Below, one piece after another: positions 27,004-32,000 of a stretch of DNA of 32,000 bases (positions are counted from its first letter, which is position 1; each line of letters starts with the position of its first letter). The stretch covers positions 30,001 through 62,000 of the forward strand of contig NZ_PQWO01000018.1 of NCBI RefSeq assembly GCF_003231495.1. Direction: 5' to 3'. Both the position numbers and the translations under genes were made by a program. Origin of the DNA: Acaryochloris thomasi RCC1774 (lineage in GTDB: Bacteria > Cyanobacteriota > Cyanobacteriia > Thermosynechococcales > Thermosynechococcaceae). The notes under the pieces were generated by a model. The model was not told the origin of the DNA and did no database searches. It saw nothing but the letters and a program-made list of their open reading frames with translations.

Positions 27004-27030
27004 TTTATATAAAGGCAAATTATTTTGCCA
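27004..27030. promoter_or_regulatory. Two abutting palindromes in the divergent PhoX-like/carA intergenic region
   Basis: CTTTATATAAAG (27004-27015) is a perfect 12-bp palindrome. GGCAAA-TTAT-TTTGCC (27015-27030) follows. Both lie 38-64 nt upstream of the preferred PhoX-like start. Confidence 0.25.
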
Positions 27031-27204
27031 CACCTGAATGTTTCCTCACTCGGAGATCCAGCCCCCCTCCAACCCAATTTACACATCTGCCGCTAGGAAG
27101 CTAAATGAAGATGCTATGCTGTCGCACAGCAGTCTACAGAGCTTCGAATGAACTTCTGATAGCGCATTCCGCTCACCACAAATAAGAATTTTGCGATAAC
27201 CACC

Positions 27205-28368
27205 ATGCTTGCAGATGCAAAACCAGCTCTTCTTATGTTGGCAGATGGTACATCCTACCGAGGATGGTCCTTCGGTGCGGTTGGCACCACGATTGGTGAA
27301 GTTGTCTTCAACACTGGAATGACAGGTTACCAAGAAGTGCTCACCGATCCGAGTTACTGCGGCCAATTAGTAACGTTCACCTACCCTGAATTGGGCAATA
27401 CCGGCGTCAATCCAGAAGATGAAGAATCTGCTAGACCGCAGGTCAGCGGTGCCATTGCCCGCAATATTTGTGAGCATCCGAGCAACTGGCGCACAGCTCA
27501 ATCGCTATCAGCGTATCTACGAGACCACAACATCCCAGGAATTTACGGTATTGATACGCGTGCTCTGACGCGCAAAATTCGTTCTCTAGGGGCCATGAAC
27601 GGAGCCATCTCAACCGAAATTTTAGAGCCAAGTGAGCTACTAGAGCAGGTTATGGTTGCGCCAGAAATGGCAGGTCTTAACCTAGCTCAGAGGGTTACAA
27701 CCCCAGACACCTACGAGTGGTTAGAACCCACAGCAAAGGAGTGGGAGTTTGCGGCACCTCTAACCAGTCACGCTCAAGAGCATCCCTTTGTCGTCGTTGC
27801 CATTGACTTTGGCATTAAACGAAACATTTTGAAGCGATTGGCAAGCTATGGCTGCCGAGTAATTGTTGTACCCGCAGATACTTCTGCAGAAGAGATTCTT
27901 AAACACGAACCTGACGGAATCTTTCTTTCTAATGGACCCGGAGATCCGGCAGCCGTGACAGAGGGCGTCACCACAGCAAGAATACTTCTAAATCATAAAA
28001 AACCCATGTTTGGGATCTGCCTAGGCCATCAACTGTTAGGTCTTTCCCTCGGTGTTCAGACTTACAAGCTCAAGTTTGGTCACAGAGGCCTCAATCAGCC
28101 TGCAGGGATTGCTCAACAGGTAGAGATCACAAGTCAAAATCATGGATTTGCCCTCAATGCTGATTCAATGAATCAGGCTGAGGTAGATGTGACGCATCTC
28201 AACCTCAATGATCAGACCATTGCAGGGTTGCGTCATCGTTCCTTGCCGTTGTTCTCGGTGCAGTACCACCCTGAAGCCAGTCCAGGCCCCCATGATGCCG
28301 ATTATCTATTTGGTCAGTTTATTGAAGAGATGCAAGCCTCAAGGGCAAAGTCTGTCGCAGAAGCCTAG
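27205..28368 (+). CDS. carA: Carbamoyl-phosphate synthase small (glutaminase) subunit
   Basis: [17 protein letters not shown]...[11 protein letters not shown], nucleophile GICLGHQ, and [12 protein letters not shown]. 387 aa. Confidence 0.95.
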   Translation: MLADAKPALLMLADGTSYRGWSFGAVGTTIGEVVFNTGMTGYQEVLTDPSYCGQLVTFTYPELGNTGVNPEDEESARPQVSGAIARNICEHPSNWRTAQSLSAYLRDHNIPGIYGIDTRALTRKIRSLGAMNGAISTEILEPSELLEQVMVAPEMAGLNLAQRVTTPDTYEWLEPTAKEWEFAAPLTSHAQEHPFVVVAIDFGIKRNILKRLASYGCRVIVVPADTSAEEILKHEPDGIFLSNGPGDPAAVTEGVTTARILLNHKKPMFGICLGHQLLGLSLGVQTYKLKFGHRGLNQPAGIAQQVEITSQNHGFALNADSMNQAEVDVTHLNLNDQTIAGLRHRSLPLFSVQYHPEASPGPHDADYLFGQFIEEMQASRAKSVAEA

Positions 28369-28407
28369 GCTAATCTGTTTCTAAGTAGGAAGCTTTTACT
28401 ACGGTTA

Positions 28408-28436
28408 TTGCAACAAGTTGGTAAAGACCCTATACT
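28408..28436 (+). promoter_or_regulatory. Near-consensus sigma70-type promoter for the STAS-mrnC-rlmB gene string
   Basis: TTGCAA (28408-28413), a 17-nt spacer, then TATACT (28431-28436). It lies about 60 nt upstream of the STAS start. Confidence 0.45.
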
Positions 28437-28498
28437 AGTGCCTCAGCAGAAAAGATTGTATCTATAGACAGATTGAGGAGGGCGCTATCCCAGAACAG

Positions 28499-28855
28499 TT
28501 GACCCTGACCGTAAGCCTAAGGGGGACGCGTGATATCAGGGACCATTACCAGCTATTCCGCTTGACAGGCTTGCTCGATGCGTTCTCTGAACCTGTTTTC
28601 CGTAAAGTCATGACTAAATGTTTAGATGATGGTCCAAACCACGTCATTTTAGACTTATCTAAAATTGACTTTATCGACAGTTCTGGCTTGGGTGTCCTTG
28701 TGCAGTTAGCTAAAAAAGCGCAAACAGCTAAGGGCTCTTTTCAGATCGTGACCAATCCAAGAGTCACCCAGACGGTTAAATTAGTTCGTCTAGAGACATT
28801 CTTGTCATTACAGACAGGCGTAGACGTTGCCATTGAAAATGTACCTAGTAAATAG
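28499..28855 (+). CDS. STAS-domain anti-sigma factor antagonist (SpoIIAA/RsbV-like)
   Basis: HVILDLSKIDFIDSSGLGVLV contains the conserved phosphorylatable Ser context (DSSG). 118 aa. The TTG start is uncertain because the GAGGAGG at 28474-28480 is rather far from it. Confidence 0.82.
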   Translation: MTLTVSLRGTRDIRDHYQLFRLTGLLDAFSEPVFRKVMTKCLDDGPNHVILDLSKIDFIDSSGLGVLVQLAKKAQTAKGSFQIVTNPRVTQTVKLVRLETFLSLQTGVDVAIENVPSK

Positions 28856-28876
28856 CAGATTCTTGTAATTTCATCT

Positions 28877-29317
28877 GTGGTACATAATCAACCACCGCGC
28901 TCAGCAGGTGAGGTAGAGAAACTTTCTCCATCTGCATGGGCTTACATCGGAGATGCAGTCTACGAACTCTTTGTTCGAACCCAGTATCTTTACCCACCTA
29001 GCCGTTTGCAAGCCTACCACCAGCGGGTTGTTTCTCATGTTTGCGCTGAGTCTCAGGCGCAGGTTATGAACCTTTTATCAGAATACCTAATGCCCTCTGA
29101 AATTGATATTGTACGGCGAGGCAGAAACGCTGCATCAGGTAAACCCAAGCGAATCAAATTAGGGACTTACCAGCAAGCTACAGGTCTTGAAGCATTACTT
29201 GGATATCTTTATCTCACCGATCCCCAGCGGCTAGACAAAGTCTTAACTCATATTCGCAACGTAAGTCAGATGAACGTCACCCCATTGACTAATTCCTCAT
29301 CAGAAGAGCGAGTCTGA
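28877..29317 (+). CDS. mrnC: Mini-ribonuclease III (23S rRNA maturation)
   Basis: [19 protein letters not shown] and [14 protein letters not shown] are the Mini-III RNase III-like signature blocks. GTG start. Confidence 0.88.
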   Translation: MVHNQPPRSAGEVEKLSPSAWAYIGDAVYELFVRTQYLYPPSRLQAYHQRVVSHVCAESQAQVMNLLSEYLMPSEIDIVRRGRNAASGKPKRIKLGTYQQATGLEALLGYLYLTDPQRLDKVLTHIRNVSQMNVTPLTNSSSEERV

Positions 29318-29371
29318 TCTGAGCAAGAGATAAGGCCAGCAAACCTAGACTTTTATGATTTGGGATCAAAC

Positions 29372-30355
29372 ATGGTTAAATCGCAAAAACATCAAAATCG
29401 TTCCCGGCCGGATAAGCCGAAGATAGCGCGGGGAAAGCCGAGACGCAAGGATAGGTCAGACAGGCCTTCTCGGCATCAGATAAGGATAAAGAGCCATAGT
29501 CCGCGACCGACAGTTAAACCCATTGTCAAGTCTGAACAGAAAGATGAAACGGACGATGGGCAGACAGATCTCATCTATGGTCGGCATCCAGTCCTGTCAG
29601 CTTTAGAAGGGAAGCGGCAACTCAACCGAGTTTGGGTCTTGCCACGTCTACGCTACGATGCCCGCTTTCACACACGACTGAATGAGGCAAAGGCGGAAGG
29701 GGCTGTCATTGATGAAGTGGATAGCCGCCGTCTAGATCAGTTAACTGATTATGCTAATCATCAAGGTATTGCCGTTCAGATGGCTGCCTATACCTATTTG
29801 TCCATTGATGAACTCGTTGAGCAAGCCTGTTCTGAGCGGGACGATCCGGTCTTAATTGCTGTTGATGGTATTACTGATCCCCACAATCTGGGCTCTATTA
29901 TCCGGTCGGCAGAGGCTCTGGGTGCTCAGGGATTAATGATCCCTCAACGGCGGGCGGCAGGTGTCACTTCTGTTGTCGCAAAAGTCGCAGCAGGTGCCTT
30001 AGAGACGCTCTCGGTCGCTCGGGTTGTCAACCTAAATCAAGCACTGGAGCGATTAAAAACCTCAGGCTTCTGGATTTATGGGCTGGCAGCTACTGCCCAG
30101 GACACATTGCCAGACATAAAGTTTACGGGACCAACTGTTTTGGTTGTCGGTGCAGAGGGAGACGGCTTGAGCTTGCTGACTCAGCATCGTTGTGACCAGC
30201 TCGTTTCGATTCCGCTTCAGGGTAAAACAGCCAGTCTCAATGCCTCTGTGGCTACAAGCATGGCCCTCTATGAGGTCTATCGACAACGCTGGCTACAGCG
30301 TCTACATTTGCCCTCTTCAACACCCAGCTCTGCTTCTTCCCATGAGGCTGTCTAG
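29372..30355 (+). CDS. rlmB: 23S rRNA (guanosine-2'-O)-methyltransferase RlmB (SpoU/TrmH family) with a basic N-terminal extension
   Basis: IYGRHPV (substrate-binding N-domain), [29 protein letters not shown] and SLNASVA (SPOUT motifs). Start is ATG at 29372 or TTG at 29360. Confidence 0.9.
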   Translation: MVKSQKHQNRSRPDKPKIARGKPRRKDRSDRPSRHQIRIKSHSPRPTVKPIVKSEQKDETDDGQTDLIYGRHPVLSALEGKRQLNRVWVLPRLRYDARFHTRLNEAKAEGAVIDEVDSRRLDQLTDYANHQGIAVQMAAYTYLSIDELVEQACSERDDPVLIAVDGITDPHNLGSIIRSAEALGAQGLMIPQRRAAGVTSVVAKVAAGALETLSVARVVNLNQALERLKTSGFWIYGLAATAQDTLPDIKFTGPTVLVVGAEGDGLSLLTQHRCDQLVSIPLQGKTASLNASVATSMALYEVYRQRWLQRLHLPSSTPSSASSHEAV

Positions 30356-30446
30356 AGTGTTAAATAATGTAAAAACACGAAAAAAGAGTTAATCTAGCAT
30401 CAAACTACTGATCCTAAAGTTCTTATAGAAGGAAGAGGAGCGTTTC

Positions 30447-30707
30447 TTGGGCACTACAGCAAATGTATCTTCCACAGGTTTATCGGGCCGCCTCGCAGAT
30501 TTCTCCAATCGTTTAGGTTTAGCTTGGTGGGTCAGAGTAACGACGCGCACCCCAAATTGCGTTTACTACTTTGGTCCTTTTCTCAACCAACAAGAAGCCT
30601 ACGGCACTATCTCAGGCTACGTTGAAGATCTAGAGCAGGAGCAGGCTGAGGGGGTCACTGCAGTGGTACAGCGCTGCAAGCCAACTCAGCTCACATATGA
30701 GCTCTGA
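30447..30707 (+). CDS. DUF1816-domain protein
   Basis: WWVRVTTRTPNCVYYFGPFLNQQEA...GYVEDLEQE is the conserved DUF1816 core found in cyanobacteria. TTG start with GAGGAG 7 nt upstream. Confidence 0.75.
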   Translation: MGTTANVSSTGLSGRLADFSNRLGLAWWVRVTTRTPNCVYYFGPFLNQQEAYGTISGYVEDLEQEQAEGVTAVVQRCKPTQLTYEL

Positions 30708-30724
30708 GGTAGGGGTTGTGCTGA

Positions 30725-31567
30725 TTATTGTTCCTTAAAGGACAGCTCTGGGTGCTGCTGCAACCAAACGTTAATGTCATGCTGCACCTTTTCTGGAATT
30801 TCCCAGGGGAACAGGTGAGCTGTCTCTGGATAGCAGATCCATTGGCTGTTGCACAAATGTTGAGCGGTCTCTTGGCTCGCCTGAGGTGTGATGTGAAGAT
30901 CACATTCTCCTGCTAAAACTAGACAGGGACAGCGAATGCTATCTAGCTTGTCAAGGCGGTCATACCCCGTTCGCAGGGCATTGTTCAAAGCCTGATTGGC
31001 CCACTTTGATGTTTTGAGGTAGGCCGGTAGAGCTTCTTGAGCGAGGTATTGATAAGCAACTGCTGTATGACGACGAATGAGATACCGGAACAGCGATCGC
31101 TGACCAAAGGTCTTGATATTCCACTTCCAAGCGGGACAGACGGCATTAGTTAAACCCGCAATTGCCGTGTACAGATTATCGCGCCAACTCACTGGGGGGT
31201 GTTTGCTACGTGGTCGTGCTGCCGTTGCAACTAGAATCAGTCCCTTTACCTTCCCAGGATGCCGCAACGCTAATTCCATCGCTAGAATGCCGCCCAGAGA
31301 CCAGCCCAGAATAATGCAGTCGTTGAGATGATATTGATCCCAGAGGACATCTAAATCTCGCAGATGATCTGACATCTCAAAGAACGACTGAGTCTGACTG
31401 CGACCATAGCCTCGCAGGTCGGGCGCAATCGTAAGGTAATGCTGCGACAGAGTAGAAGTGAAGACTGATAGGCTTGCACTCGAGCCAGGATGTCCATGTA
31501 GGCAGAGAATCGGAACTCCCTCACCCTGAACGCTGACCGCTAAAGATGCTGTTGATTGAGTCGACAC
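30725..31567 (-). CDS. Alpha/beta-fold hydrolase
   Basis: HGHPGS oxyanion region, nucleophile elbow GWSLGG, and a C-terminal His (ETAHLFPWE). GTG start. Confidence 0.82.
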   Translation of the reverse strand: MSTQSTASLAVSVQGEGVPILCLHGHPGSSASLSVFTSTLSQHYLTIAPDLRGYGRSQTQSFFEMSDHLRDLDVLWDQYHLNDCIILGWSLGGILAMELALRHPGKVKGLILVATAARPRSKHPPVSWRDNLYTAIAGLTNAVCPAWKWNIKTFGQRSLFRYLIRRHTAVAYQYLAQEALPAYLKTSKWANQALNNALRTGYDRLDKLDSIRCPCLVLAGECDLHITPQASQETAQHLCNSQWICYPETAHLFPWEIPEKVQHDINVWLQQHPELSFKEQ

Positions 31568-31885
31568 GACTTTCTTGCCTCAAAATGATTAATAATCTAA
31601 CAGGCCGGTTGAGAATTCTTCCAGTTTTCTAACGAAGGACCAGCAATCTTAAGAAAACATCGAATATTCGGACTTTTACAAATTGAGTCCGCGACAATGG
31701 AGTTACAGAAACTCAGTAGGGCAGACTTAGATTTTGAAGGTTAGAATTCTGTTCTGTGAGTTAGTTGTAAGTACACCTAGCTAGAGGGTTCATGTAGCCG
31801 CTCATCTCAATAATTTAGCCTTACATATTTGCATTTCTATGCATACTTCAATCGTCTAAGCCCTGTGACTTATTGGTCAGTCAAA

Positions 31886-32000
31886 ATGAAGGGGTTGGGG
31901 CTTGTTAGTTTCGGACTGCTACTTGGGTGGTTCTATTGGCAGCAGCAACCTAAAGTAGAACCCCAAGCCGTTTTAGTCTTAGGGGGTGCACCGCATCGGG
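31886..32000 (+). CDS. N-terminal fragment of a DUF218/YdcF-like protein (runs off the window)
   Basis: ATG at 31886. The translation MKGLGLVSFGLLLGWFYWQQQPKVEPQAVLVLGGAPHR has a TM anchor followed by the VLVLGG start of the DUF218 fold. Only 38 codons are visible. Confidence 0.45.
   Translation, partial: MKGLGLVSFGLLLGWFYWQQQPKVEPQAVLVLGGAPHR

Noticed and set aside
27105-27185. 26-codon upstream ORF ([26 protein letters not shown]) ending 19 nt before carA, considered as a possible leader peptide.
   Set aside because: The AGGAAG is only 4 nt from the ATG. There is no run of Arg or pyrimidine-related regulatory codons and no obvious alternative terminator/antiterminator hairpins, so there is not enough support.
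1-32000. Search for tRNA, rRNA, tmRNA, RNase P RNA, CRISPR repeats, transposase or integrase genes, and toxin-antitoxin or defence-system signatures.
   Set aside because: None found by eye. The isolated T-arm-like strings (for example GGTTCGA at about 5021 and TCGAATCC at about 10025) lie inside coding genes and lack surrounding cloverleaf complementarity. I saw no regularly spaced repeats and no recombinase motifs.

Overview
This is a gene-dense chromosomal window that looks cyanobacterial. The evidence is an Ftn2/ZipN (ARC6-type) division gene, a DUF1816 gene, a TGD/Mla-like MCE+ABC pair, and at least 14 perfect copies of the HIP1 palindrome GCGATCGC. I support about 37 protein-coding genes, and nearly all are housekeeping. 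They cover the cell envelope (spoIID-like, polyprenyl-phosphate sugar transferase, M48 protease, MCE/ABC lipid transport, two lpxD copies, phosphodiester glycosidase, plsC, fabD, VanX-like dipeptidase, dgkA). They also cover central and nucleotide metabolism (pdhA, purS, purQ, carA, trpG/pabA) and RNA maturation (rnz, ybeY, mrnC, rlmB). I found no tRNA, rRNA, CRISPR array, transposase, integrase or phage genes, and no clear multi-gene accessory island. I cannot point to a convincing new multi-gene system. The best second-look items are: (1) a 200-aa protein made of two tandem MshEN/T2SSE_N-like modules, a candidate c-di-GMP receptor; (2) a membrane-anchored NYN plus OST-HTH/LOTUS-like protein whose stop overlaps the first of two tandem, diverged lpxD genes; (3) two small ORFs below the ORF-track cutoff, each with a good Shine-Dalgarno sequence (58 aa and 38 aa); (4) a GAF domain with a DXCF-type Cys and a Cys-Tyr at the canonical bilin position. 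All function calls come from motif recognition by eye; no database search was run.
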